Assembly: GCA_022563395.1 (NCBI GenBank)
Contig: JADFNM010000001.1
Coordinates: 83,891-147,890 of the forward strand
From: Patescibacteria group bacterium
GTDB taxonomy: Bacteria; Patescibacteriota; Minisyncoccia; Minisyncoccales; UBA10102
Direction of reading: 5' to 3'
DNA length: 64,000 nucleotides
Shown: in pieces, positions 45,093 to 54,508 of the stretch
Numbering within the stretch: the stretch's first letter is position 1
Layout: the number at the start of each line of letters is the position of its first letter
Position numbers and translations under genes: made by a program
Notes under the pieces: generated by a model
Seen by the model: only the letters and a program-made list of their open reading frames with translations
Databases searched by the model: none
What the model was told of the DNA's origin: nothing

Positions 45093-45112
45093 CTTGGCCC
45101 CTTTTTGCGAAA

Positions 45113-45667
45113 ATGGTTAAACAAATTCTTGAAAAAACAAAACCGGAATTAGAGAAAGCGGTTGAATTCTTTCGCCAAGAACTGGCTAAGATTCGCACAG
45201 GACAGGCAAGCCCTGCCCTGGTAGAGGACATTATGGTTGATGTCGGAGGAGTGCTTCTCCCCATAAAGCAGTTAGCTGGGATCTCTTCTCCAGAACGACG
45301 CCAGATCTTAATTCAGCCCTGGGATCCTTTGTATCTTGGCCCCATGGAAAAAGCCATTCTCAAAGGGTCTCTTGGGATTTCTCCTGTAGTTGAGGGAAAA
45401 ACCCTGCGTATCACTTTGCCCGCATTAACGCAGGAATATCGTCAAACCTTGCTTCGTCTTTTGGCTGAAAAGACAGAGCAGACAAAACAGACTCTTAGAA
45501 AATGGAGAGACGAGGCATGGGGAAAAATTCAGGAAGGTGCACGGGCAGGAGATATTCGCGAGGATGACAAGTTCAAGGGTAAAGAAGACCTGCAAAAGCT
45601 TATCGATGAATACATGCAAAAGATTGATGACCTGGTCGAAAAGAAAAAATCTGAAATAGATTTGTAA
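45113..45667 (+). CDS. frr: Ribosome recycling factor
   Basis: FRQELAKIRTGQASPALVEDI... is a typical RRF. Confidence 0.93.
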   Translation: MVKQILEKTKPELEKAVEFFRQELAKIRTGQASPALVEDIMVDVGGVLLPIKQLAGISSPERRQILIQPWDPLYLGPMEKAILKGSLGISPVVEGKTLRITLPALTQEYRQTLLRLLAEKTEQTKQTLRKWRDEAWGKIQEGARAGDIREDDKFKGKEDLQKLIDEYMQKIDDLVEKKKSEIDL

Positions 45668-45677
45668 TTGCTTTTTT

Positions 45678-46766
45678 ATGACCCTTATTATTGTTCTGGT
45701 GAGCTTTCTTGCCTTAATCATCCTTCATGAGCTGGGACATTATCTCTTTGCCAAAAAGTACGGGGTAAAAGTGGAAGAGTTTGGCATTGGGCTGCCTCCT
45801 CGATTGATTGGCAAAAAGATAGGGGAGACCCTGTATTCTTTGAATCTTCTTCCCATAGGCGCTTTTGTAAGGCTCCAAGGGGAAGAGCAAGCCGCTGGCG
45901 GCCCCCGGAGCTTTACTGCAAAACCCATATGGCAAAGGATGGTTATTGTGGCAGCTGGCGTTGTTGCCTTTTGGCTGGTAGCTGCCCTTATCTTTACTGG
46001 GCTGGCCGTGACCAGCGGGATTCCAACTGGGATTGGGGACGAAGAGGTTCAAGGAGTGGTAAATCCCAAGGTGCAGATTTTGGGCGTGGCAAAGGATTCT
46101 CCTGCAGAAAATGCTGGCATTGAGCTGGGAGATAGTATTCTTAAGATGGAAGAGCGCGATTCTGGTGTTGTAATAGAGCCCACAAAGGTAAAGGAAGTTC
46201 AGTCTTTTACCGACAGCAGCGAGGGGAAAGAAATTATTCTTACCCTGCAGCGCGGAGAGGAAACAAGAGAGGTTGCTTTGGTGCCAAGGACAGAGCCGCC
46301 TGCCAGAGAGGGCGCCATGGGGGTTGCCTTGGTGAGAACAGCATTTGTGAAGTATGCCTGGTACGAAGCTCCCTTTCGTGCCATTGAGAGAACCGCTGTG
46401 TTGACCTATGAGATTGTGCGCAACCTCGGGGGATTGCTTGTAAACCTTGTATCTGGCAAGGGAGTACCAGCGGGAGTTGAGTTTATGGGTCCGGTGGGCA
46501 TTGTTGACTTTTTGAACAAGTCTCTTTCTTTGGGCATAGCACACTTTTTGTCCTTTTTTGCAGTTTTGGCTGTTTACCTTGCCATATTCAACGCCCTTCC
46601 CATTCCCGTGGTAGACGGGGGAAAGCTGCTATTCTTGGGGATAGAAGCTATCCGAAAAAAACCTGTTTCAGAACTTTGGGAAAAAAGAGTTTCAGCAGTG
46701 GTTTTTGCCCTCTTGATAACCTTAATGATCTGGGTAACGGTTAAAGACATCACCCGTATTTTCTAG
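45678..46766 (+). CDS. rseP: RIP metalloprotease RseP/M50 with PDZ domain
   Basis: HELGHY zinc motif, PDZ (SPAENAGIELGD), and a C-terminal NALPIPVVDGG. Confidence 0.88.
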   Translation: MTLIIVLVSFLALIILHELGHYLFAKKYGVKVEEFGIGLPPRLIGKKIGETLYSLNLLPIGAFVRLQGEEQAAGGPRSFTAKPIWQRMVIVAAGVVAFWLVAALIFTGLAVTSGIPTGIGDEEVQGVVNPKVQILGVAKDSPAENAGIELGDSILKMEERDSGVVIEPTKVKEVQSFTDSSEGKEIILTLQRGEETREVALVPRTEPPAREGAMGVALVRTAFVKYAWYEAPFRAIERTAVLTYEIVRNLGGLLVNLVSGKGVPAGVEFMGPVGIVDFLNKSLSLGIAHFLSFFAVLAVYLAIFNALPIPVVDGGKLLFLGIEAIRKKPVSELWEKRVSAVVFALLITLMIWVTVKDITRIF

Positions 46767-46784
46767 GTTTAGATTTGAATAGTT

Positions 46785-46877
46785 CTTAAACGAAATTTAA
46801 GCACCCTTAATTTCATTAAGGATATATGCGTTTATCTTAAAACAAAGAATCGCAAACAGGTGGTTTTTTGGTAAAAA
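46785..46877 (+). repeat. Rearranged composite intergenic repeat
   Basis: CTTAAACGAAATTTAAGC at 46785-46802, CCTTAATTTCATTAAGG+ATATATGCG at 46805-46830, AACAAAGAATCGC...GGTGGTTTTTTGGTAAAAA ending at 46877. Confidence 0.8.
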
Positions 46878-46883
46878 GAAGAT

Positions 46884-47621
46884 ATGAGATTTGAGAAGTG
46901 GCACGGTCTTGGGAACGACTTTATTCTTTTGGATTGCCGGGTCAACGATATCCCAAATAAAAAGGCACTTGCTATCAAACTTTGTGATAGGCACTTTGGC
47001 ATTGGGGCAGACGGCCTTGTATGTATCTTACCGAGCATTGTGGCAGATTACACAATGGAGATTTTCAACCCAGACGGGAGTGAGGCTGAAATGTGCGGGA
47101 ACGCAATTCGCTGCGTTGCAAAGTTGCTCAAGAAATCTCCTGTGACTATTGAGACTTCATCTGGGATAAAAGAATGTGTTGCGCAAACGGATGGTTCAGT
47201 CAAGGTTAATATGGGAAGCCCCTTAAATATTAAAAAACAAGGCAGGTTTACAACCCTCTCTATGGGTAATCCTCATGCAGTTCTCTATGTAGACAACTTT
47301 GACTTTGATTGGAAGCAAGAAGGAGAAAAGATTGAGAACAATAGAGAGATGTTTCCAGAAAGAACAAATGTAGAGTTTGTGAAAATACTCAACGACGATA
47401 CCATCCGGGTGAAGGTATGGGAAAGGGGAGCTGGCGCAACGCTTGCATGTGGGACAGGAGCATGTGCTTCTATTGTAGCGGCTGTAATCGATAAAGGTAT
47501 TCACCGGGATGTCAACGTAGAACTACCTGGAGGAAAGCTGTTCGTGTCTTGGTCTGAATCTGGAGATGTTTACATCACAGGGCCGGCTGAGAAGGTTTTT
47601 GAAGGAGATTTGGTTTTATGA
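46884..47621 (+). CDS. dapF: Diaminopimelate epimerase (short form)
   Basis: FEKWHGLGNDFILLD, GNPH, ACGTGA catalytic Cys motifs. Confidence 0.88.
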   Translation: MRFEKWHGLGNDFILLDCRVNDIPNKKALAIKLCDRHFGIGADGLVCILPSIVADYTMEIFNPDGSEAEMCGNAIRCVAKLLKKSPVTIETSSGIKECVAQTDGSVKVNMGSPLNIKKQGRFTTLSMGNPHAVLYVDNFDFDWKQEGEKIENNREMFPERTNVEFVKILNDDTIRVKVWERGAGATLACGTGACASIVAAVIDKGIHRDVNVELPGGKLFVSWSESGDVYITGPAEKVFEGDLVL

Positions 47622-47677
47622 GAGCTAGGTTTTAACATCCCTTTAGAGGAGGGCCGGCGTCTCGCAGAGCTATTACT

Positions 47678-47765
47678 GCTTAAACGAGATTTAAGCAAAC
47701 TCACCTAAAGCGAGCGGTTCTTAAACGAAATTAAGGATTCCTTAATTTCGTTAAGGAGATATACG
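47678..47765 (+). repeat. Intergenic repeat: X2 unit + palindrome A variant + tail
   Basis: GCTTAAACGAGATTTAAGC at 47678-47696, CTTAAACGAAATTAAGGATTCCTTAATTTCGTTAAGG at 47720-47756, AGATATACG at 47757-47765. Confidence 0.85.
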
Positions 47766-47817
47766 TATAACTCTTATGGGGCTTTTCTTTTTTAAAAAAA
47801 TATGTATAGTGGAAAAT

Positions 47818-49065
47818 ATGCGGCAGTCAGAACTCTTCAGTAAAACCCAGAGGAGTCTTCCAAAAGACGAGGAAAGTACCAATGCCAAGCTCCTTTTACG
47901 CTCAGGCTTTGTGCATAAGGAAACGGCAGGAGTATACTCGTTCTTGCCTCTTGGACTTAAGGTATTGAACAACATTATTTCCATTATTCGGGAAGAGATG
48001 AATGCCATTGGGGGGCAAGAGGTCTTTTTGTCCTCGCTTCAAGGCCCTGAAGTCTGGCGCAAATCGGGAAGATGGGATGATAAGATTGTGGATGTATGGT
48101 TTAAGACCAAGCTGAAAAACGGTGGAGAGCTTGGTTTGGCAAACACACACGAGGAAGCCCTAACCGCTCTTCTTTCCCACCATGTTTCCTCGTACAAAGA
48201 TTTGCCCTTGTTGGTGTATCAATTCCAAACAAAGTTTAGGAACGAGACACGGGCAAAGAGCGGTCTCATGAGAACCCGAGAGTTTATCATGAAAGACCTT
48301 TATTCCTTTGCTCGTACCTTAAAAGAACATGAAATGCTGTATGGAAAGGTAATTGAGGCCTATAAAAAGATATTTGAACGTATTGGCATTGGAGAAAAAA
48401 CCTTGTTTACTTTTGCTTCGGGCGGAAGCTTTTCAAAATATTCTCATGAGTTTCAAACATTGTGCTCTGCGGGTGAAGATACCATTTATATATGTGGGCA
48501 CTGCAAGGTTGCAGTAAACAAGGAGATTATTAAAGAACAACCATCCTGCCCCCAGTGTGGCAATCAAGAGCTCAAAGAGGAGAGTGCAGTGGAGGTGGGC
48601 AACATCTTTGCTCTGGGCACCAAGTATGCTGAAATCTTGGGCCTTGAGTACTTAGATGAAAATGGTAAAAAAATACCCGTGGTTATGGGAAGCTATGGCA
48701 TTGGACCAGGACGCGTTATGGGCAGCGTTGTGGAACTCTTTCACGATGAGAGAGGTATGATTTGGCCCGAGTCCATAGCTCCCTTTAAGGTGCATCTTCT
48801 TTCTTTGCCTGGGGGCGAAGAAGAAAGCGATAAAGTATATAGCTCATTACAAAGAGACGGGATTAAAGTCCTATATGATGATAGGGCAAATGTATCACCC
48901 GGCGAAAAATTAGTAGATGCTGATCTCTTTGGTATTCCCTGGCGTGTCGTGGTTTCAGAAAAGACTGTTGCGGTAGATTCTGTTGAGGTAAAAAAACGAA
49001 ATGAAGAAAAAGCAGAGTTGATAAAACAAAAAGATATTGCAAAGTTTCTTGCAAAAAATACATGA
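47818..49065 (+). CDS. proS: Proline--tRNA ligase (compact, zinc-ribbon insert instead of INS domain)
   Basis: MRQSELFSKTQRSLPKDE...AGVYSFLPLG, and CGHC...CPQC. I prefer the ATG at 47818 because TATAGT lies 7 nt upstream. Confidence 0.88.
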   Translation: MRQSELFSKTQRSLPKDEESTNAKLLLRSGFVHKETAGVYSFLPLGLKVLNNIISIIREEMNAIGGQEVFLSSLQGPEVWRKSGRWDDKIVDVWFKTKLKNGGELGLANTHEEALTALLSHHVSSYKDLPLLVYQFQTKFRNETRAKSGLMRTREFIMKDLYSFARTLKEHEMLYGKVIEAYKKIFERIGIGEKTLFTFASGGSFSKYSHEFQTLCSAGEDTIYICGHCKVAVNKEIIKEQPSCPQCGNQELKEESAVEVGNIFALGTKYAEILGLEYLDENGKKIPVVMGSYGIGPGRVMGSVVELFHDERGMIWPESIAPFKVHLLSLPGGEEESDKVYSSLQRDGIKVLYDDRANVSPGEKLVDADLFGIPWRVVVSEKTVAVDSVEVKKRNEEKAELIKQKDIAKFLAKNT

Positions 49066-50123
49066 AAAAGATGCTGCGGAAGATATTGTCACATTTGGGT
49101 CAAGACATTGCCATTGATCTTGGAACGGCGAACTCGTTGGTATATGTACGGGATAGAGGCATTGTTATTCAAGAACCTTCAGTGGTTGCAGTAAACCAAA
49201 AAACCGGGCAGATTTTGGCGATTGGGAATGAGGCAAAGAACATGGTAGGGAGAACCCCATCCCACATTGTGGCAACGCGGCCTTTGGTAAAGGGAGTCAT
49301 CTCCGACTTTGAGGTAACAGAGCAAATGCTCAGGTACTTTATCAACAAAGTGGCACAAAGAAAGTTTCTGTTTTCTCCTGGCCCCCGGGTTATCATTGGC
49401 ATTCCCTTTGGTGTGACCGAGGTGGAAAAAAAGGCGGTGCGGGATGCTACCTTGCAAGCCGGAGCCCGAGAAGTCTATCTTATCGAAGAGCCCATGGCAG
49501 CTGCCATTGGATCTCGCCTTGCAGTACAAGAGGCCGGCGGCAACTTTATCGTAGACATTGGGGGAGGAACAGCTGAAGTTGCCATTATTTCTCTTGGCGG
49601 CATTGTACTTGCAAACTCTTTGCGGACCGCAGGCGACAAGTTAAATGAAGACATCATCCAATTTGCTCAGGACGAATACAAACTCCTTATCGGCGAACGT
49701 ACCGCAGAAAGTTTAAAAATAGGCATTGGCTCTGCTTACCCCTTAAAAGAAAAAAGAGAGATGCCGCTTCGGGGGCGTAACTTAGTGTCTGGGCTTCCCG
49801 AGGAAATTATGGTGTCAGATACAGTGATTCGAAAAGCAATGGAGCGCTCCGTGCGCCAGATTGTAGGGGAGATTAAAGCTGCCGTGGAGCAAACTCCTCC
49901 TGAGCTCTTAGCTGACATTATGGAAAAGGGCATCTACCTTTCTGGTGGTGGAGCTTTGCTGCGCGGTTTCGATACCTTAATTGCAAAAGAAACCAAGATT
50001 CCCACAACCACCGTAGAAGATCCTCTTACCGCCGTGGTTAGGGGTGCTGGCATGGTGCTGGAAAACCTGGATGAACTGCAAGAGGTATTGGTAGAAAGCG
50101 AAGAACTAGAACCACCCCACTAA
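49062..50123 (+). CDS. mreB: Actin-like protein MreB (paralogue 2)
   Basis: IAIDLGTANSLVYV, DIGGGTAEVAIISLGG, GGGALL. Confidence 0.9.
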   Translation: MKKMLRKILSHLGQDIAIDLGTANSLVYVRDRGIVIQEPSVVAVNQKTGQILAIGNEAKNMVGRTPSHIVATRPLVKGVISDFEVTEQMLRYFINKVAQRKFLFSPGPRVIIGIPFGVTEVEKKAVRDATLQAGAREVYLIEEPMAAAIGSRLAVQEAGGNFIVDIGGGTAEVAIISLGGIVLANSLRTAGDKLNEDIIQFAQDEYKLLIGERTAESLKIGIGSAYPLKEKREMPLRGRNLVSGLPEEIMVSDTVIRKAMERSVRQIVGEIKAAVEQTPPELLADIMEKGIYLSGGGALLRGFDTLIAKETKIPTTTVEDPLTAVVRGAGMVLENLDELQEVLVESEELEPPH

Positions 50124-50124
50124 C

Positions 50125-50424
50125 ATGATTGACAAAGAACAGGTTAAGCATATTGCAAAACTTGCCCGCCTCCAATTGAAAGAGGAAGAGGTTGCAGCAT
50201 ACCAACAGGATTTATCACAAATCCTAGATTATTTTGATATTTTAAAAGAAGTGAATACTGAAAACGTAGAACCCATGACCCACTCTATTCATCATGAAAA
50301 CATTATCCGGGAAGATGTTCCGCAAAGAGAAGACCCCGATGTTATCTTGCGTATGATGCAGTTGGTGCCAGCCATGAAAGATGGGTTCTTGAAGGTAAAA
50401 GAAATCTTGAAACGTGATGCATGA
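50125..50424 (+). CDS. gatC: Glu/Asp-tRNA amidotransferase subunit C
   Basis: VKHIAKLARLQLKEEE...; precedes gatA. Confidence 0.88.
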   Translation: MIDKEQVKHIAKLARLQLKEEEVAAYQQDLSQILDYFDILKEVNTENVEPMTHSIHHENIIREDVPQREDPDVILRMMQLVPAMKDGFLKVKEILKRDA

Positions 50425-51833
50425 AACCTGAAACATTGACTATTGATTCTGTTCAGCGGGGTCTGCAAAAGAAAGAGTTTTCTGCGATAGAGCTTGCCGA
50501 AAGTGCGCTTAAGGAAACAGAGAAACAGGAACCAAATCTGCATGCTTTTTTAACCTTGACTCCAGAGCTCGCGCGAGCTTCTGCTCAGGCAACAGATGAA
50601 AAAATTGCAAGGGGAGAAGAACTGCCGCCTCTTTCTGGCGTTCCTTGTTCGGTAAAGGATGCAATCTTGGTTCAAGGAATAAGGTGTACTGCAGGGTCCC
50701 GTATGCTCGATAACTATATTGCCCCATATGATGCTGCCGCAGTGAAGAAGATAAAGGAAGCAGGAGCTGTGATAATTGGGAAAACCAACATGGATGAGTT
50801 TGGGATGGGGGCTTCCACAGAAAACTCTGCTTTTGGAGCAACTCATAACCCCGCTGATTTAGAACGGGTTCCGGGCGGCAGTTCTGGAGGGTCTGCAGCA
50901 TCAGTGGCGAGCGGAGAAGCCATGCTTTCTTTAGGAGCAGATACCGGCGGCTCTATTCGGCTGCCAGCTTCCTTTTGTGGGGTTGTTGGATTAAAACCAA
51001 CCTATGGGGCAGTTTCAAGAGCTGGTATCATTGCCTTGGCTTCCTCGCTGGATCAAGTTGGGCCTTTTGCAAGAACCACGAGAGATGTACAAATCTTGTT
51101 TGAAGCTATCCGCGGGAAAGATCCGAATGATGCGACAAGCGTGGATATTCCAGGAGGCGGAAAAGAAATGAACGTTAAAGATCTTCGCATTGGGATCCCT
51201 AAAGAATACTTTGCAGAGGGATTGGATCTTAAAGTGGAAAAACTCATACGAGCTGCCGTGCAAAAGTTTGAGAAAGCTGGTGCAAAGATAGTAGAGCTTG
51301 AGCTCCCGCATACTCAGTATGCCTTGGCTGCCTATTACGTAATCAATATGTCTGAGGCATCAGCAAACCTGGCTCGGTATGATGGCATTCGCTATGGACT
51401 CCACCAAGAAGCTCCTGATCTGTTCCAAGAGTATCTTGACTCTCGAGGCACCGGTCTTGGAACTGAAGTGAAGCGCAGGATTATGCTGGGTACTTATGCC
51501 CTTTCTCAAGGATACTACGATGCCTATTACGTGAAAGCGCAAAAGGTGCGCTCTCTGTTAAAACAGGATTTTGATAGTGCATTTGCCAAGGTAGATGTGA
51601 TTATGGGACCAGTATCTCCGGTTCTGCCTTTCAAATTGGGTGAACGAACTCAAAACCCATTGGCAATGTATTTAGTTGATATTTATACTGTTCCCGTGAA
51701 TTTGGTGGGGCTGCCTGGAATTTCTCTCCCGGCAGGAAAGGTCGGTAATCTTCCTGTTGGGCTTCAGGTCATAGCCCCAGCATTTCAAGAAAACTTGCTC
51801 TTTTCTGTGGGCAAAACCCTTGAGAACCTGTAA
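50421..51833 (+). CDS. gatA: Glu/Asp-tRNA amidotransferase subunit A
   Basis: Amidase signature GGSSGGSAASVA, 470 aa. Confidence 0.94.
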   Translation: MKPETLTIDSVQRGLQKKEFSAIELAESALKETEKQEPNLHAFLTLTPELARASAQATDEKIARGEELPPLSGVPCSVKDAILVQGIRCTAGSRMLDNYIAPYDAAAVKKIKEAGAVIIGKTNMDEFGMGASTENSAFGATHNPADLERVPGGSSGGSAASVASGEAMLSLGADTGGSIRLPASFCGVVGLKPTYGAVSRAGIIALASSLDQVGPFARTTRDVQILFEAIRGKDPNDATSVDIPGGGKEMNVKDLRIGIPKEYFAEGLDLKVEKLIRAAVQKFEKAGAKIVELELPHTQYALAAYYVINMSEASANLARYDGIRYGLHQEAPDLFQEYLDSRGTGLGTEVKRRIMLGTYALSQGYYDAYYVKAQKVRSLLKQDFDSAFAKVDVIMGPVSPVLPFKLGERTQNPLAMYLVDIYTVPVNLVGLPGISLPAGKVGNLPVGLQVIAPAFQENLLFSVGKTLENL

Positions 51834-51844
51834 ACTGAAAGAAC

Positions 51845-52363
51845 ATGGAGGCATTGTTTGAAACACTTTCTATCGTGAATAATCCCGGGCTCCAACAGAT
51901 CCTTGTACCCTTGAGGTGGGCTCTTGGAGTTTTTGGAGTTCTTTTGCTTCTCTTTTCTGTGTTTGTGCTTTTGCGCACCATGTGGATGAAGTTTGCTTTT
52001 CTCTTTGATCTTACTGAGTTTTTTACTTTTCGGCCATATGGATTGCGCAGAGTAGTGGGGAAGTGGCAAAAGATTCAACGACGCTTGGAAACCGCAAATG
52101 AAGCAGAGTACAAGCTTGCTATTATTGAGGCAGACGGTATGTTAAACGATATTTTGCTTCGCATGAACTTTCGAGGAGAAACCCTGGGAGATCGCCTAAA
52201 GACTTTGACCACCTCAATCATCCCCAACTTAGATGATATATGGAAAGCGCACCAAACGCGAAACAATGTGGTGCATGATCCAGATTACCGATTGACCTTA
52301 GAGGAAGCACAGAGGACTCTTGAAATCTACCAAACTACCTTTACTAACCTTGACCTCATCTAA
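51845..52363 (+). CDS. Hypothetical membrane protein (172 aa)
   Basis: ORF with one or two TM helices. I recognised no family. Confidence 0.5.
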   Translation: MEALFETLSIVNNPGLQQILVPLRWALGVFGVLLLLFSVFVLLRTMWMKFAFLFDLTEFFTFRPYGLRRVVGKWQKIQRRLETANEAEYKLAIIEADGMLNDILLRMNFRGETLGDRLKTLTTSIIPNLDDIWKAHQTRNNVVHDPDYRLTLEEAQRTLEIYQTTFTNLDLI

Positions 52364-52397
52364 ACTTAGTCCTGCTAAGTTTGTATTCAACATAACC

Positions 52398-52426
52398 TTG
52401 ATTTGGTTTAGATTCTCTGGTATTGT
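52398..52426 (+). promoter_or_regulatory. tRNA-operon promoter TTGATT-17-(TGG)TATTGT
   Basis: -35 at 52398-52403 and an extended -10 at 52418-52426. Confidence 0.5.
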
Positions 52427-52522
52427 AAAACGTACGATGGCTTATGCCAGGCCTTCGCCACTCGCCTTTACCGGCTGTAGCTTTAACTGGGCTTGCCCGC
52501 AAAAGCGGCTACGGCCTGCGAA

Positions 52523-52593
52523 GGCGGGGTAGTGGAGTAGTACCATGCGAGGCCCATAACCTTGTGACGCCGGTGCAATTCCGGCCCCCGCAA
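52523..52593 (+). tRNA. Initiator-type tRNA-Met (anticodon CAT) with non-canonical loops
   Basis: The 3' half TCCGGCCCCCGCAAC is identical to the E. coli tRNA-fMet end as I recall it. It has a 1:72 G.A mismatch, anticodon loop CCCATAA, T-loop TGCAATT, and D-loop AGTAGTA without GG. Confidence 0.7.
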
Positions 52594-52600
52594 CAAGTAT

Positions 52601-52674
52601 GTCGGGGTAGTTCAGCTGGTTAGAACGCCGCACTCATAAGGCGGAGGTCGTGAGTTCGAGTCTCACCCCCGGCA
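52601..52674 (+). tRNA. tRNA with anticodon CAT (elongator Met or Ile2/lysidine)
   Basis: GTCGGGG/CCCCGGC acceptor, TAGTTCAGCTGGTTAGAAC D arm, CTCATAA loop, GTGAG-TTCGAGT-CTCAC T arm. Confidence 0.85.
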
Positions 52675-52711
52675 CAAGTAAGAAAAATGCATCCTGCCAT
52701 GGCGGGCAAAG

Positions 52712-52786
52712 GCGGGCGTAGAGGAGCCTGGAGTCCTCGTCTCCCTGTCACGGAGAAAATCGCCGGTTCGAATCCGGTCGCCCGCG
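52712..52786 (+). tRNA. tRNA-Asp (anticodon GTC)
   Basis: GCGGGCG/CGCCCGC acceptor, CTGTCAC anticodon loop, GCCGG-TTCGAAT-CCGGT T arm, discriminator G. Confidence 0.88.
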
Positions 52787-52813
52787 CCTAAAAACTTAAT
52801 CTCGCTTTGTTTT

Positions 52814-52860
52814 CCTTAGCAAAAACTAAGGGTGCTTTAATTTCATTTAGGAGATATGCG
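52814..52860 (+). repeat. Partial intergenic repeat (hairpin + right arm of A + tail)
   Basis: CCTTAGCAAAAACTAAGG at 52814-52831, CTTTAATTTCATTTAGG at 52835-52851, AGATATGCG at 52852-52860. Confidence 0.75.
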
Positions 52861-52958
52861 ATTCTTTACGGGTTTGACAAAACTTGTGTTTCTGGTAAAA
52901 GGTGGGTAGCACCCTCAAATCTCATACGAGGGTTGATACTTGTCTGAGGAGAGACATC

Positions 52959-53819
52959 ATGACAACCCGACATTTCGGAGAACTTCTGGCAGCTCGCATG
53001 GAGGCTGGATTTGCGGTCTGTGTGGGTCTCGACAGCGACCATGCACGCCTCCCTGCGGTGGCAACCGACGTAAAAAACGTCGGGTGGCGGTCAAAGGGAA
53101 AGCAGATGCACTGGTTCAACTGCCATATCGTAGACGCGGTGGCAGACCTGGTAGTGTGTTTCAAGCCTAATGTCGCCTTCTATGAGGCGCACGCGGGTGG
53201 ATTCAGTGCCCTCCGAGAAACGATCCGCTACATCCACAAGCGGTTCTCGGACATCCCGGTAATCGTGGACGGCAAGCGCACCGACATCGGCAGCACGAAC
53301 AAGGGATACGTCCAATCCTTATTTGACTACCTTGAGGCCGATGCCATCACCATCAACCCGTACTTCGGCGCCGAAGCAGTGATGCCTTTCCTGGAACGGG
53401 AAGAAAAGGGTATCTTTGTCCTTTGCAGGACGTCGAACCCAGGAGCAGGCGAGTTCCAAGACCTCATGGTAGAAGTCGACATCGGGAAGATGCCCCTCTA
53501 CCAAGTGGTAGCAAGAAGGGTGGCAAACAACTGGAATGAACGGGGCAACTGTGGGTTGGTTGTTGGAGCAACTTACCCAGAAGAGCTTGTCCGGGTACGC
53601 CAACTTGTCGGTGACGATATACCCATTCTCGTTCCCGGCGTTGGAACCCAAGGAGGAAGTGTACAGGAAGTGGTAGCTGCCGGTAAGAAGAACCTGATCA
53701 TCAACTCGAGTAGCGCTGTCATCTTTGCCTCCAACGGTTCAGATTTTTATGGCGCAGCAAGAATCGTTACCCAGGAGCTCCACGATAAGACTCAAGCGGC
53801 ACACGCTGCCATGGCCTAG
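52959..53819 (+). CDS. pyrF: Orotidine 5'-phosphate decarboxylase, type 2
   Basis: VCVGLDS, KPNVAFYE, DGKRTDIGSTN motifs. ATG at 52959 is preceded by GGAGAG. The region is noticeably GC-richer. Confidence 0.85.
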   Translation: MTTRHFGELLAARMEAGFAVCVGLDSDHARLPAVATDVKNVGWRSKGKQMHWFNCHIVDAVADLVVCFKPNVAFYEAHAGGFSALRETIRYIHKRFSDIPVIVDGKRTDIGSTNKGYVQSLFDYLEADAITINPYFGAEAVMPFLEREEKGIFVLCRTSNPGAGEFQDLMVEVDIGKMPLYQVVARRVANNWNERGNCGLVVGATYPEELVRVRQLVGDDIPILVPGVGTQGGSVQEVVAAGKKNLIINSSSAVIFASNGSDFYGAARIVTQELHDKTQAAHAAMA

Positions 53820-53830
53820 AAAGGAGAGGC

Positions 53831-54433
53831 ATGCTTACAAGAGAACTGCTTGAGTCGATGGGCGCCATCCTGTCGGGACACTTCGTGTTTGCCTCGGGGC
53901 TTCACAGCAACACATACATCAACAAGGATGCCGTGCTCGTACGACCTCGTCTGCTCAACGATGTTGCCAAAGACATCGTTGCTCACTCTGGCCCGGATAT
54001 TCAGACGGTTGTCGCTCCTGAAAAGGGCGGCATCAAGCTTGTGCATGCTGTCGCCCAGGAATTGTGCCGTCTCATGGAGTCAGAGATATTCTCCCCATAT
54101 GCTGAACGAGGGGAGAATGACCGCTTCTACTTCAAGCGAGAACACGGCAAGTTTGTGGCGGGATACCAGGTGCTTGTTGTAGAAGATGTCATCACCACCG
54201 GAACTACGGTCCGCTCAGTCATTGATGCAGTGCGCGAGCTTGGCGGTACGGTCGTGGGTGTGGGCGTTATCTGCAATCGAGGCAAGGAAACTGCGCAGAC
54301 CCTGGGAGTTCCATGGCTGTATTCCGTACTCCAGATTCCCTTGCCGAACTGGGAAGCAATTTTATGCCCCCTCTGCCTACAGAGAATGCCGGTGAATACC
54401 GAGGTGGGGCATGGGTGGAAATTTGTTGCCTAG
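53831..54433 (+). CDS. pyrE: Orotate phosphoribosyltransferase
   Basis: PRPP-binding VLVVEDVITTGTT; 200 aa. Confidence 0.85.
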   Translation: MLTRELLESMGAILSGHFVFASGLHSNTYINKDAVLVRPRLLNDVAKDIVAHSGPDIQTVVAPEKGGIKLVHAVAQELCRLMESEIFSPYAERGENDRFYFKREHGKFVAGYQVLVVEDVITTGTTVRSVIDAVRELGGTVVGVGVICNRGKETAQTLGVPWLYSVLQIPLPNWEAILCPLCLQRMPVNTEVGHGWKFVA

Positions 54434-54472
54434 ATATCATAGTAATTCCTTGGGTAAAACCTGGGATTGCAA

Positions 54473-54508
54473 GCCGCTGAACATCTGTTCAGCGGCCTTT
54501 CTTTTCTT
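54473..54508 (+). terminator. Canonical intrinsic terminator after pyrE
   Basis: GCCGCTGAAC-ATCT-GTTCAGCGGC (10-bp stem) followed by CTTTCTTTTCTT. Confidence 0.8.

Noticed and set aside
45714-46544. 276-aa ORF on the minus strand
   Set aside because: It is antisense to the well-supported rseP gene, with no motifs. The same reasoning applies as for 15044-15892.
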